Source: Breznakia sp. PF5-3 | GTDB taxonomy: Bacteria > Bacillota_I > Bacilli_A > Erysipelotrichales > Erysipelotrichaceae | Length of the DNA stretch: 32,000 bases | NCBI RefSeq assembly: GCF_029504745.1 | Contig: NZ_JAQFIQ010000009.1 | Coordinates: 30,001-62,000 of the forward strand | Direction: 5' to 3' | In this document: piece after piece, positions 7,701 through 17,249 of the stretch | Layout: each line of letters opens with the position of its first letter | Numbering within the stretch: position 1 is the first letter of the stretch | Made by a program: the position numbers and the translations under genes | The notes under the pieces: generated by a model | Databases searched by the model: none | The model's input: only the letters and a program-made list of their open reading frames with translations | What the model was told of the DNA's origin: nothing

Positions 7701-10106
7701 ATGACAATGAAAAAAATAGGGATTACGATTATCACAATAGTTACTTTATTTACTGCTGCATTGAGTGGCTCAATGAAGGTGGAGGGTAAAGTTATATCTC
7801 ATAGCGCAGCTACTTCAATTGTGGATGTAAATACTAAAAAATTAGATAAATTTGATGTAGTTGATCCAAATATGGAGTGGCGTTATCATGATGGTGATAA
7901 CGATCCAAATGAGGGAACATGGTATCAAGGATGGAATAAGCGAAACGGTTGGGCTTATCCAGAAGGTTGGTTAGACTGGGGAAGTATTCCAATGCTTTTT
8001 TCAGAAGAAAGTTGGCCAACTTATAAAGGAACTGCATTTAGTACAGATCCTGTAGCTAGTGAACAACAATTAGCAAAAACGAGCGATGACAAAGCGAAGA
8101 GTACATATTTTCTTCGTCACACATTTACGTTGACTCAAGAACAAGCGGAAAGTGTATACGCAATTCAAATTAAAGCGAAATATAATGATGCTATGACAAT
8201 GTATGTGAATGGTACTGCAGTAGGTGGCTTCCATAATATTCCAACTTCAAATTATAAAAAGAATATGGAATATGGTTCACAAGTAGCGGTGGCAGATAAT
8301 GATGCTATTGAAGAAAGTTTTATTGTTGATGATGTTTCTTGCATCACAAATGGTTTTGTACCAGGTAAGTATAAAAAAGTATACGATCCTGTATATAAAA
8401 TGGACGTGCTTGAACTGGAAGAAGCAGAAAAAGACGAGTATGGTAATACATTTATGAACATTACCATTGCTGTTGAATTACATGCAAATAGTCCTGAAGA
8501 TGCACAAGCAAGCTTTGAATTGATGGAGTTTATTTTAAATCCTGATGAAAGTGGATTAGCGGGTAGTGGAAATGTAAAAAATGTTGCAGTTAATGTAGGT
8601 GCAGATGAAAATACAATAAACTTTGCATGGAATGCATTATCATCATCTGCTGGATATGTACAAGTTGCAGAAGGAAGTGATCCAGCAGCGTTCTCTTTGG
8701 AAAAAGCAAAAACTTACAAAGCTGATTCGACAAAATTAGCATATACAAAGTTTACATCTACGAATTATTATGCAAACAAAGCAACGATAGATATTGAACC
8801 AGGAAAAGACTATATATATCGTGTAGGTAATGATGGTGGATATTCACCAGTTTATAAATTACATACGCAATCTATCAACGATGGATATGAAGCAATCTTC
8901 TTGTCTGATGCCCAAATTGGTACAGGTACTATTCCAACAGATACTTTAGGATGGACAAATACATTAAATTTGGCGTTAGGTAAATTTCCAAATGCAAGTT
9001 TTATAGCGAATACAGGAGACTTTGTCGATACAGCGAATAAAGAAAGTGAATACGATGCATATTTCACACCTGAGATTTTGGCATCTTATCCAACTGCAAC
9101 AGCTGTAGGAAATCATGATATAGCTAGTAATTATGGAAATCACTTTAACGAGTCTAATATGTCAGCATTAGGTGCAAGTGCAGCAAATAGTGACTACTAC
9201 TATACTTATGGAAATGTATTATATATGGTATTGAATACTAGTAATATTAATCATGTAGAACATATTCAGTTTATGGAAGAAACATTAGAAGCTACTGCTG
9301 ATCAAGATTTTGATTGGACGGTTGTAATGTTCCACCAATCAATTTATGCTTCTGGTAAACAATCAACAAGTGATGATGTTGCCCCACGAAAAGAAGTGTT
9401 TGTACCAGCCTTTGATAGATTGGGAATTGATATTGTATTAATGGGACATGATCACTGTTATGCACGTACAAAGCAAATGAAAAACTTTGAACCTGTGGAT
9501 GGTGTAACATATGAAGACGCTGCTAATACAATTGCTGTGAATCCAGAAGGGACATTGTATCTTACAACAAGTTCAGCAAGTGGAAGTAAGTATTACGATT
9601 TAGTTGAAGGAGGCTACGAATATTTGGCGTTTAGTGCGCAACCTAAAGTGCCAACATTCTCACACCTAACATTTAGTGAAGATACTTTTACAATGACAGC
9701 ATATCGTACAGATACAATGGAAGCGTTTGATACATATACAATTAAGAAAACAAATAAGGTAGATGTAGATAAAACAAAACTGAATGCTTTATTAAAGGAA
9801 GCAAAAGCAATCAAAACAACAAAGTATACAGAAGCAAGTGTAAATACATTAAAATCAGCTATCAAAGCAGCCGAAGCAGTTATGAATGATGCGAATGCCA
9901 CTCAAGCAGAAGTAGATGCTGCAGTGGCGAATTTACAAAAAGCGATTGATGGTCTAAAATTGAAAAGTGCTGCATCAACACAAACAGATGGAAATCCTTC
10001 AACTGGTGATGCGATGGCAACGAATGCTTTAATGTTGATTACGTTGTTAAGTGGAGCAGTTGCAATTGCAACATATATAAAACGAAAACGAGCGGTTAGT
10101 GAATAA
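7701..10106 (+). CDS. Secreted, cell-wall-anchored multidomain calcineurin-like metallophosphoesterase (purple-acid-phosphatase-like core)
   Basis: N-terminal signal peptide (MKKIGITIITIVTLFTAALSG). Metallophosphoesterase motifs GDFVD, GNHD, MFHQS and GHDHCY. A FIVAR-like helical repeat (TEASVNTLKSAIKAAEAVMNDANATQAEVDAAVANLQKAIDGL). C-terminal sorting signal NPSTG (9993-10007), then a hydrophobic stretch and KRKR. The start could also be the ATG at 7707. Confidence 0.8.
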   Translation: MTMKKIGITIITIVTLFTAALSGSMKVEGKVISHSAATSIVDVNTKKLDKFDVVDPNMEWRYHDGDNDPNEGTWYQGWNKRNGWAYPEGWLDWGSIPMLFSEESWPTYKGTAFSTDPVASEQQLAKTSDDKAKSTYFLRHTFTLTQEQAESVYAIQIKAKYNDAMTMYVNGTAVGGFHNIPTSNYKKNMEYGSQVAVADNDAIEESFIVDDVSCITNGFVPGKYKKVYDPVYKMDVLELEEAEKDEYGNTFMNITIAVELHANSPEDAQASFELMEFILNPDESGLAGSGNVKNVAVNVGADENTINFAWNALSSSAGYVQVAEGSDPAAFSLEKAKTYKADSTKLAYTKFTSTNYYANKATIDIEPGKDYIYRVGNDGGYSPVYKLHTQSINDGYEAIFLSDAQIGTGTIPTDTLGWTNTLNLALGKFPNASFIANTGDFVDTANKESEYDAYFTPEILASYPTATAVGNHDIASNYGNHFNESNMSALGASAANSDYYYTYGNVLYMVLNTSNINHVEHIQFMEETLEATADQDFDWTVVMFHQSIYASGKQSTSDDVAPRKEVFVPAFDRLGIDIVLMGHDHCYARTKQMKNFEPVDGVTYEDAANTIAVNPEGTLYLTTSSASGSKYYDLVEGGYEYLAFSAQPKVPTFSHLTFSEDTFTMTAYRTDTMEAFDTYTIKKTNKVDVDKTKLNALLKEAKAIKTTKYTEASVNTLKSAIKAAEAVMNDANATQAEVDAAVANLQKAIDGLKLKSAASTQTDGNPSTGDAMATNALMLITLLSGAVAIATYIKRKRAVSE

Positions 10107-10141
10107 AATTTAATAAATAGAAAGTGTATAGGGGTAGTGTA

Positions 10142-11347
10142 ATGAAACGGATAAAACAAATAAAGAAATATCAGATAATATTATGTGTTTTCTTTGTTGT
10201 GTTTGGAGTTTTTGTATTCTGGTTGAATACAGAGCACTTACCATCATATTCCTTATATAATACAGGTAGTCTTCGTTATGAGAAAGCAGAAGTATTAAAT
10301 ATCGTGGATAGTTATTTAGAAGAAGACAAAAATACAACATCTGGATATAAGGGAACACAAGAATTAGAAGTAGAAGTAAAGACAGGCAAACTACGTGGAG
10401 AGGTAGTAAATGTTGAAAACTATCTCTCACGTACACACAATATATTAGTGGAGAAGGGAACATCGATTATCATCTGCTTGGATGAAACAAGCAGCGAATC
10501 GCATATATCGGTTTATAATTATTCTAGATCTAATATCGTATATCTCATGGTTGCCTTATTTGTGATAATCATGATAGCGGTTGGTGGATTTAAAGGATTT
10601 AAATCGGCGTTAGGCTTGGGATTCTCCTTTCTTTGCATCGTATTCTTTACATTACCTTTGATTTTTTATGGATATTCTCCAATTTTAGTTGCAATCATTT
10701 CGGTGATTTTAATATCAGCAGTAACACTAGTTTTACTTGATGGAGCAAGTAAAAAAGTATTTGTTGCCTTGTGTAGTACTGCGATAGGAGTGATTGCTGC
10801 AGGACTCTTATTCAACTTGTTTAGTGTGGCATTGAAAGTATCAGGATTCAATTTAGAAGATGCAGAATCCTTACATGTAATATCACAAAATACAGGTTTG
10901 GAAGTGAAGCATATTTTGTTTGCAGGAGTTTTGATTGCAGCGGTTGGGGCTGTATTAGATGTCGCGATGAGCATATCTTCAACATTGAATGAATTGCATG
11001 AACATAATCCTGATTTGAGTTCTAAAGAGTTGTTTAAATCAGGTATTAATGTGGGAAAAGATATGATAGGAACGATGTCCAATACGTTAATTTTGGCTTA
11101 TGCAGGTAGTTCATTTAGTATGATGATATTGTTTATGGCATATAGTGTAAGCTATCATCAAATCATTAATATGGATTATTTAGTTTTGGAAATATCACAA
11201 GCATTAGCAGGAAGCATGGGAATCGTTTTAACAGTACCTTTTGCAGCGTTTATTGGTTCTAAAATTTTAAAAAATGAAAGATTTAATTTTCATAAACCAA
11301 AGAAAAAGATAATAGCGAAAGAAGAAACTGTTGAAAGAAAATTTTAG
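10142..11347 (+). CDS. YibE/F family integral membrane protein (function unknown)
   Basis: One N-terminal transmembrane helix, a soluble domain of about 110 aa, then a multi-helix block with the pattern VGAVLDVAMSISS..NEL and GKDMIGTMSNTLILAYAG. I prefer the ATG at 10142 (MKRIKQ..) over the GTG at 10124. Only 35 nt separate it from the upstream gene, with no terminator. Confidence 0.7.
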   Translation: MKRIKQIKKYQIILCVFFVVFGVFVFWLNTEHLPSYSLYNTGSLRYEKAEVLNIVDSYLEEDKNTTSGYKGTQELEVEVKTGKLRGEVVNVENYLSRTHNILVEKGTSIIICLDETSSESHISVYNYSRSNIVYLMVALFVIIMIAVGGFKGFKSALGLGFSFLCIVFFTLPLIFYGYSPILVAIISVILISAVTLVLLDGASKKVFVALCSTAIGVIAAGLLFNLFSVALKVSGFNLEDAESLHVISQNTGLEVKHILFAGVLIAAVGAVLDVAMSISSTLNELHEHNPDLSSKELFKSGINVGKDMIGTMSNTLILAYAGSSFSMMILFMAYSVSYHQIINMDYLVLEISQALAGSMGIVLTVPFAAFIGSKILKNERFNFHKPKKKIIAKEETVERKF

Positions 11348-11407
11348 GGTTTTATAGGAATTAAGGAAAAGAATTAGATATACTATAGGTTATTTATTAA
11401 TAGGAGT

Positions 11408-11480
11408 AAAAAAGGCTGTTTTGAAATGATTCTGCAAACTTGGGAAACCAAGAAATATATCACTTCATTTCAGCCTTTTT
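11408..11480. terminator. Long composite hairpin between convergent genes, probably a bidirectional terminator
   Basis: A-run+GGCTG (11408-11418) pairs with CAGCC+TTTTT (11471-11480). AAATGA (11424-11429) pairs with TCATTT (11465-11470). An inner hairpin CTTGG-GAAA-CCAAG lies at 11439-11452. The element overlaps the stop of the minus-strand CDS. Confidence 0.55.
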
Positions 11481-11949
11481 ATGATTGTTTTCCAGAAAAT
11501 GATATTACATCAATTTTAAAAACATGAATTTTTTCTATAAGTTTTTCTTCATATGTAAAAGGTTCATTGCTTTTTGATTGATGCTTCATTAACAAATCTA
11601 AAGCGGTAATTTTTTCATTGTATTCGTTGATAATAGAGGCTTTGCCGTATCCGATAATACTTTGAAATTGAAATGTATATTTGCAAGCTATATCCCCATT
11701 TATCAATTTGCCATTACAGTACATTTCAAAACAAACGTTAGGATTCTGTTTTAAAATTTTAATCTTTTTTCCATCTTGAGCACAATGAAAATATAAGGTT
11801 AATTTATTGTTGAGATAGGAATATCCAAAATTTAATGGTACTACATAAGGGATATTATCTTTAGCCATTCCAAGATGGCATACATCACATTGGTCAATAA
11901 CAGCAAGTAGTTTATCAATCTGTTTTATTTCTTTTTCTTTTCTACGCAT
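11479..11949 (-). CDS. Pyridoxamine 5'-phosphate oxidase-fold flavoprotein (Pyridox_ox_2 / Nim-like family)
   Basis: 156 aa starting MRRKEKEI...IDQCDVCHLGMA.DN.PYVVPLNFGY....LYFHCA..GKK...L..NP.VCFEM, the typical pattern of this family. Confidence 0.7.
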   Translation of the reverse strand: MRRKEKEIKQIDKLLAVIDQCDVCHLGMAKDNIPYVVPLNFGYSYLNNKLTLYFHCAQDGKKIKILKQNPNVCFEMYCNGKLINGDIACKYTFQFQSIIGYGKASIINEYNEKITALDLLMKHQSKSNEPFTYEEKLIEKIHVFKIDVISFSGKQS

Positions 11950-12017
11950 ATCGTCCTCTTTCTTTTTGAATTATATTATAACAGATGATGCAAAGTGAGA
12001 TAAAGCAATCAATTTTA

Positions 12018-12026
12018 TGGTATAAT
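12018..12026 (+). promoter_or_regulatory. Candidate extended -10 element upstream of dnaE
   Basis: TGgTATAAT at 12018-12026. No clear -35. It would give a very short 5' UTR containing GAGGTGAG. Confidence 0.35.
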
Positions 12027-12040
12027 TTTTATGAGGTGAG

Positions 12041-15000
12041 ATGGTGAGTACACATTTACATGTTCGGAGCGCATATACTTTATTAAATAGTACATTGCGA
12101 ATACAAGATATTATATCATTAGCGAAAAAGAATGGTGCCAGAGCAATTGCATTATGTGATGAAAATATTATGCATGGAGCTATGGCTTTTTATCATGCGT
12201 GTAAAAAGGAAGGTATTAAACCAATCTATGGATTAGAGTTTTCTTGCTCATATAACGATGGAGAAATTAGTTTGATTGCTTATGCAAAGGGTGATATTGG
12301 ATTTCAGACATTATTAAAATTATCTACCCGATTATCAACAAACGTTGAAAAAATAGCCTTAGAAGAATTAAAAACGTATGATCAACAGATGATTTTTACT
12401 ACAGCAGGAACTCATGATGAATTACGAACGCTATATGCAGCAAATAAAAATGATGAATTGCATGCTGCTTTGAAAGCGTTAAAAGATAATTTTAATGAAT
12501 TTTACTTGGCAATGGCGATGAATGATTCAAAATATCTACAGAAAGAAAATGTAGCAATCAAGCAGTTTGCACATTCTTTAAAAATTAAAACATTTGCGCT
12601 GTCACGCATTTATTTTGCTACACCAGAGGATGAAGAAGCTTACAAAGTGTTATGTGCAATTGATCAACAAAGGACTCTAGACGATATGGCTCTCAATGCA
12701 GAATCCGGGAGATATTTCCGTAGTAATGAAGAAATGAGTGCTTTATATGATGAAGAAGATTTAATTATGAGTGATATTATTGCGGATTCATGTAATGTAG
12801 AGATGAAACTAAAAAAAGCTAGCTTACCAGTGTTTAAAAATCGTTTTGATGTTGATTCAAAAACCTATTTAACAAGTCTATGTAAACAAGGGTTAAAAAA
12901 ACGTTTAAATGATAAAGTGACACTAGAATATATAGATCGTTTAAATTATGAATTGGATGTTATCTGTAAAATGGGGTATGCAGATTATTTTTTGATTGTA
13001 TATGACTTTATTCGTTTTGCGAGAAGTAAAGATATTTATGTTGGCCCTGGACGGGGTAGTGCCGCAGGATCGCTTATTTCGTATTGTTTAGGGATTACAC
13101 ATGTTGATCCAATTGAGTATAATTTGTTGTTTGAAAGGTTTTTGAATCCTGAACGGATTAGTATGCCAGATATTGATATTGATTTTCCTGACAATCGTCG
13201 TGATGAGGTAATTAGATATGTTGCGGAATTGTATGGAAAAAATCATGTAGCGCATATTACAACTTTTGGAACACTAGGAGCAAAACAGGTATTACGGGAT
13301 GTCGGGCGTGTTTTGGGAATAAGATTAAGTGATGTAGATATGCTATGTAAAATGGTTCCTAATGTTTTAAAAGTTAATTTAGATTATGTTTATAAAAATT
13401 CAAAAAAATTTGTCCAAGTTATCGAGGCTTCAAAAGAATTTCGGCGTATGTATGCGATAGCTAAACGATTGGAAGGCTTACCTCGCCATATGTCTACACA
13501 TGCAGGTGGAATTGTATTAGGAGATGTAGAAATTGATGAGGTTTGTCCACTTATTGAAGTTGAACAAGATCTATATTCAACTCAGTATACAATGGAATAT
13601 TTGGAGGAATTAGGATTAATTAAAATTGATTTTTTGGGATTGCGAAATTTAACGATTATCGATGAGGTTTGCCATCACATTAAAGATAATGGTGAAGATA
13701 TTGATATTATGAAAATACCTTTAAATGATAAAAAAACCTTTAAATTACTACAAGATGTAGATACGGTTGGTATTTTTCAGTTAGAAAGCGAAGGGATGAA
13801 AAATCTATTACGTCAGATGCAAGTGAGCAATTTCGAAGAAATTGTTGCAGCTATTGCATTGTTCCGCCCTGGGCCAATGGAAAATATACCGTTATATTTA
13901 AAAAATCATGACCATCCTCAAAATATAGATTATCTTCATCCAAAGTTAAAACCTATTTTAGAAAATACATATGGAGTTATGATTTACCAAGAACAGGTTA
14001 TGCAGGTAACACAGATAATGGCGAATTTCTCTTTAGGAAAAGCTGATATTTTGCGGAAAGCAATTTCCAAAAAAATTCCTGGCGAATTGGAAAAGTTACA
14101 AAAAGATTTCATTAAGGGTTCCATTGAAAATGGTTATTCTAAAGAGTTGGCTGAAAATGTTTATAATTTGATTTTAAAGTTTGCAGGCTATGGATTTAAC
14201 CGTAGTCACTCTGTGGCATATGGATTGATTGCGTATCAGTTGGCATATTTAAAAGCAAATTATCCATTGTCATTTTTTGCTTCTTTATTAAACAGCGTCA
14301 TTGGCTCAGAAACCAAAAGTAGCGAATATATATTTGAAGCTAAAAAACGAGATATCACGATTTTAGGCCCAAATGTAAATGAATCTACAAATGAGTATAT
14401 TATTCAAAAAGAGGCTTTACGTTTTCCTTTAGTCGGAATTAAAAATATTGGTTCAGCAATGAGTCTTTCTTTGTTGGAGGAGCGTTCTCATAATGGAAAA
14501 TATGATGATTTCTTTGACTTTGTTGCTCGTATTAGTTTAATTAAAATAACGAGCAAAGCAATTGATAGTCTTATTGATGCAGGTGCATTGGATGTATTCA
14601 ATATTAATCGAGCTAGTATGAAAGCTTCATTGGAAGATGCTATGCGTTATGCGTCTTTGGTAAAAGTGAGCGACGGAGAAAAACAACAACTTAATTTTGA
14701 TATTGTATCGAAACCACCTATGACTATGATTAAAGAACAGGCACATGAGCGAAGCTATTTGGAAAAGCAAGTATTAGGCTTTTATTTGAGTGCCCACCCA
14801 ATTACCAAATTAAGAGAAAGTTTAAATAAAGAAGTTTTAGGATTGATTCAATTACATAATCATAAAGGCTTTGTCCGTTTGGTTGGGTTCATTGAAAAAT
14901 GTAAACAGCATCGTACACGTAATGGAGAAATTATGATGTTTGTAGTTGTAAGTGATGAGACAAGTAAATTTGACTTGGTTTGTATGCCCAATATTTATCA

Positions 15001-15112
15001 TAAATATCAAGATATATTAGTACGTGGAAACTACATTTATGCGGAAGGGAAAATATCAGATCGACCTTCATGTTTGATTAATTACATAGAGTTGGTTGAC
15101 ATAGAAAAGTAA
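12041..15112 (+). CDS. dnaE: DNA polymerase III alpha subunit, DnaE type
   Basis: 1023 aa. PHP domain HLHVRSAYTLL, and palm motifs GPGRGSAAGSLISYCLGIT and MPDIDIDF. Also FQLES.GM, HhH and OB regions. A GTG at 12044 is an alternative start with better SD spacing. Confidence 0.95.
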   Translation: MVSTHLHVRSAYTLLNSTLRIQDIISLAKKNGARAIALCDENIMHGAMAFYHACKKEGIKPIYGLEFSCSYNDGEISLIAYAKGDIGFQTLLKLSTRLSTNVEKIALEELKTYDQQMIFTTAGTHDELRTLYAANKNDELHAALKALKDNFNEFYLAMAMNDSKYLQKENVAIKQFAHSLKIKTFALSRIYFATPEDEEAYKVLCAIDQQRTLDDMALNAESGRYFRSNEEMSALYDEEDLIMSDIIADSCNVEMKLKKASLPVFKNRFDVDSKTYLTSLCKQGLKKRLNDKVTLEYIDRLNYELDVICKMGYADYFLIVYDFIRFARSKDIYVGPGRGSAAGSLISYCLGITHVDPIEYNLLFERFLNPERISMPDIDIDFPDNRRDEVIRYVAELYGKNHVAHITTFGTLGAKQVLRDVGRVLGIRLSDVDMLCKMVPNVLKVNLDYVYKNSKKFVQVIEASKEFRRMYAIAKRLEGLPRHMSTHAGGIVLGDVEIDEVCPLIEVEQDLYSTQYTMEYLEELGLIKIDFLGLRNLTIIDEVCHHIKDNGEDIDIMKIPLNDKKTFKLLQDVDTVGIFQLESEGMKNLLRQMQVSNFEEIVAAIALFRPGPMENIPLYLKNHDHPQNIDYLHPKLKPILENTYGVMIYQEQVMQVTQIMANFSLGKADILRKAISKKIPGELEKLQKDFIKGSIENGYSKELAENVYNLILKFAGYGFNRSHSVAYGLIAYQLAYLKANYPLSFFASLLNSVIGSETKSSEYIFEAKKRDITILGPNVNESTNEYIIQKEALRFPLVGIKNIGSAMSLSLLEERSHNGKYDDFFDFVARISLIKITSKAIDSLIDAGALDVFNINRASMKASLEDAMRYASLVKVSDGEKQQLNFDIVSKPPMTMIKEQAHERSYLEKQVLGFYLSAHPITKLRESLNKEVLGLIQLHNHKGFVRLVGFIEKCKQHRTRNGEIMMFVVVSDETSKFDLVCMPNIYHKYQDILVRGNYIYAEGKISDRPSCLINYIELVDIEK

Positions 15113-15136
15113 GGCTATTTTGAAATAGCCTTTTTA
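15111..15136 (+). terminator. Rho-independent terminator after dnaE
   Basis: AAGGCTAT (15111-15118) pairs with ATAGCCTT (15125-15132), with a 6-nt loop (TTTGAA, 15119-15124), followed by a T-run. Confidence 0.7.
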
Positions 15137-15142
15137 TATATT

Positions 15143-15171
15143 TTGACACAAATCGCTAACAGTGTTAAAAT
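15143..15171 (+). promoter_or_regulatory. Sigma-A promoter of the MarR-DUF1538-PII operon
   Basis: TTGACA (15143-15148), an exact 17-nt spacer, then TAAAAT (15166-15171). Confidence 0.6.
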
Positions 15172-15185
15172 ACTAATAGTGTTAG
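15156..15185. promoter_or_regulatory. Two tandem pseudo-palindromic operator candidates overlapping the -10 and the transcription start
   Basis: CTAACAGTGTTA (15156-15167) and CTAATAGTGTTA(G) (15173-15185) are repeated at a 17-bp offset. Each is built on TAACA-n-TGTTA dyad symmetry. Confidence 0.5.
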
Positions 15186-15206
15186 ATATTTATAAGAGGT
15201 ATAGAA

Positions 15207-15659
15207 ATGAGTTCAAAAAATAAAGATATATATACAGATTTATCGCTTTTGTTTTGGCATAATATGCAAAAGCTTCATAAATCAAAATTACATCGGAAAA
15301 TTATTGATTCATTGGAAGGTGAATGGATAGTGCTTCAATATGTTTTGAAACATGATGGAGTTACGATGCCTAGTGAGCTGTGTCAAGTGGTGCGGATTAG
15401 TTCTGCAAGGATAGCTGCCACATTGAATAATCTTGAACATAAAGCTTTAATCATAAGAACAATCGATACAAAAGATCGACGAAAGATATTAATAAAGCTT
15501 ACTGCTAAGGGAAGGGAATTGGCGTTGCAACAGCAACAAGAAATAGCTGATAACGTAATACATTTGTTGAGTACGTTAAATGAGCATGATGCGAAAGAAT
15601 ATGTTCGTATAACAGGTCTTTTGGCCAGTGCGATAGCAGAAAAAGTATCGAAAGAATAA
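15207..15659 (+). CDS. MarR family transcriptional regulator
   Basis: 150 aa with a winged-helix core (MPSELCQVVRISSARIAATLNNLEHKALIIRTIDTKDRRKILIKLTAKG). AAGAGG SD 7 nt upstream. Confidence 0.8.
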   Translation: MSSKNKDIYTDLSLLFWHNMQKLHKSKLHRKIIDSLEGEWIVLQYVLKHDGVTMPSELCQVVRISSARIAATLNNLEHKALIIRTIDTKDRRKILIKLTAKGRELALQQQQEIADNVIHLLSTLNEHDAKEYVRITGLLASAIAEKVSKE

Positions 15660-15689
15660 ATCAAGATATTATAGAAAGGAGGATGATGA

Positions 15690-17249
15690 ATGAATAAACT
15701 TTTGAAAGAGAAAATTAGTGAGTCACTTTCCTCTGTACTACCAATTGTAATCATTGTATTATTGATTAGCGTTTTGGTTGTACCTGTAGATACAGGAACT
15801 ATGATTGTGTTTTTGGTAGGAGCCATATTATTGATTATTGGTATGGGACTTTTCACTTTAGGTGCAGATATTTCTATGACACCAATTGGTGAAGGAATTG
15901 GGATTCAGTTTTCAAAATCAAAAAACATTAAAATGATTGCATTACTCGCATTTCTAATAGGTATCATTATAACGGTGGCAGAGCCAGATTTGCAGGTTTT
16001 AGTAAAACAGGTGCCGTCTATACCAGATATGGTTTTAGTATTAACAGTAGCAGTTGGCGTTGGTGTATTTCTATTGATGGCTGTACTTAGAACCTTTTTT
16101 AAGTGGAGCTTATCAAAAATGTTGATACTTTGTTATGGTATTGTTTTCATTTTAGCGTTTTTTGTACCAAAAGAATTTTTGGCTGTCGCTTTTGATTCTG
16201 GTGGAGTGACAACAGGTCCGATTACAGTGCCATTCATTATGGCGCTTGGAATTGGACTTACATCCTTACGTAGTGATAAAGGGTCTCAAGACGATAGTTT
16301 TGGATTGGTTGCACTTAGTAGCATTGGTCCGATTTTGGCGGTGTTGATTTTAGGCGTTTGTTATAACCCACAGGGAGTGGCTTATACAAACTATATTTCA
16401 CATGATGTAATTACTACACAGGATGTTGCGAAACTATTTTTTAAAGAATTACCAACATACATTGGTGAAGTTTTAATTGCAATTGTTCCTTTGTTTTTAA
16501 TGTTTATTTTATTTCAATTTATAGCAAAGCGATTTAAAAAGGGACAAATCGGAAAAATGGTGATAGGATATTTATATACATTTTTAGGACTAGTACTATT
16601 TTTAGTTGGTGTGAATGTTGGATTTATTCCTGTTGGATATTTGATGGGTAGTGAAATAGGAGCCTCTAATATTCCTTGGATATTGATACCATTAGGCTTA
16701 ATTATTGGTTATTATGTAGTTAAAGCTGAACCTGCTGTACATATCTTAAATAAACAAGTTGAAGAAGTTACAAAAGGTACAATCCCACAAAAAGCTATGC
16801 AATTATGTTTATCAATAGGAGTTGCAATTTCTTTAGGGATATCCATGATTCGAATTCTAACAGGAATATCAATATTGTGGTTTTTAATTCCTGGATATGT
16901 GATTGCTTTATTATTAACGTTTAAAGTGCCTAAAATCTTCACTGGAATTGCTTTTGATTCAGGTGGTGTAGCAAGTGGACCAATGACTTCTACTTTTATC
17001 TTGCCATTTGCAATTGGTGCATGTGAGGGTGTTGGCGGAAATGTTTTGTTGGATGCCTTTGGGGTTGTAGCTATGGTTGCTATGACACCACTAATTGTAA
17101 TACAGATCATGGGACTTATATTTCAATATAAAACAGCAAAAATGGAAGCAGAAAATATGGGTGAAGATACTTTGTTATTAGATGATGATATTATTGATAT
17201 AGAGGAGGACCTCGATGATGAAAGAGACAATGATCAAAATGAGACTTAA
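15690..17249 (+). CDS. DUF1538 family polytopic membrane protein with an internal two-fold repeat
   Basis: 519 aa with many transmembrane segments. The motif AFDSGGV(T/A)(T/S)GP(I/M)T occurs twice (nt 16188-16220 and 16950-16982). Highly acidic C-terminal tail (DDDIIDIEEDLDDERDNDQNE). GGAGG 7 nt upstream of the ATG. Confidence 0.75.
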   Translation: MNKLLKEKISESLSSVLPIVIIVLLISVLVVPVDTGTMIVFLVGAILLIIGMGLFTLGADISMTPIGEGIGIQFSKSKNIKMIALLAFLIGIIITVAEPDLQVLVKQVPSIPDMVLVLTVAVGVGVFLLMAVLRTFFKWSLSKMLILCYGIVFILAFFVPKEFLAVAFDSGGVTTGPITVPFIMALGIGLTSLRSDKGSQDDSFGLVALSSIGPILAVLILGVCYNPQGVAYTNYISHDVITTQDVAKLFFKELPTYIGEVLIAIVPLFLMFILFQFIAKRFKKGQIGKMVIGYLYTFLGLVLFLVGVNVGFIPVGYLMGSEIGASNIPWILIPLGLIIGYYVVKAEPAVHILNKQVEEVTKGTIPQKAMQLCLSIGVAISLGISMIRILTGISILWFLIPGYVIALLLTFKVPKIFTGIAFDSGGVASGPMTSTFILPFAIGACEGVGGNVLLDAFGVVAMVAMTPLIVIQIMGLIFQYKTAKMEAENMGEDTLLLDDDIIDIEEDLDDERDNDQNET

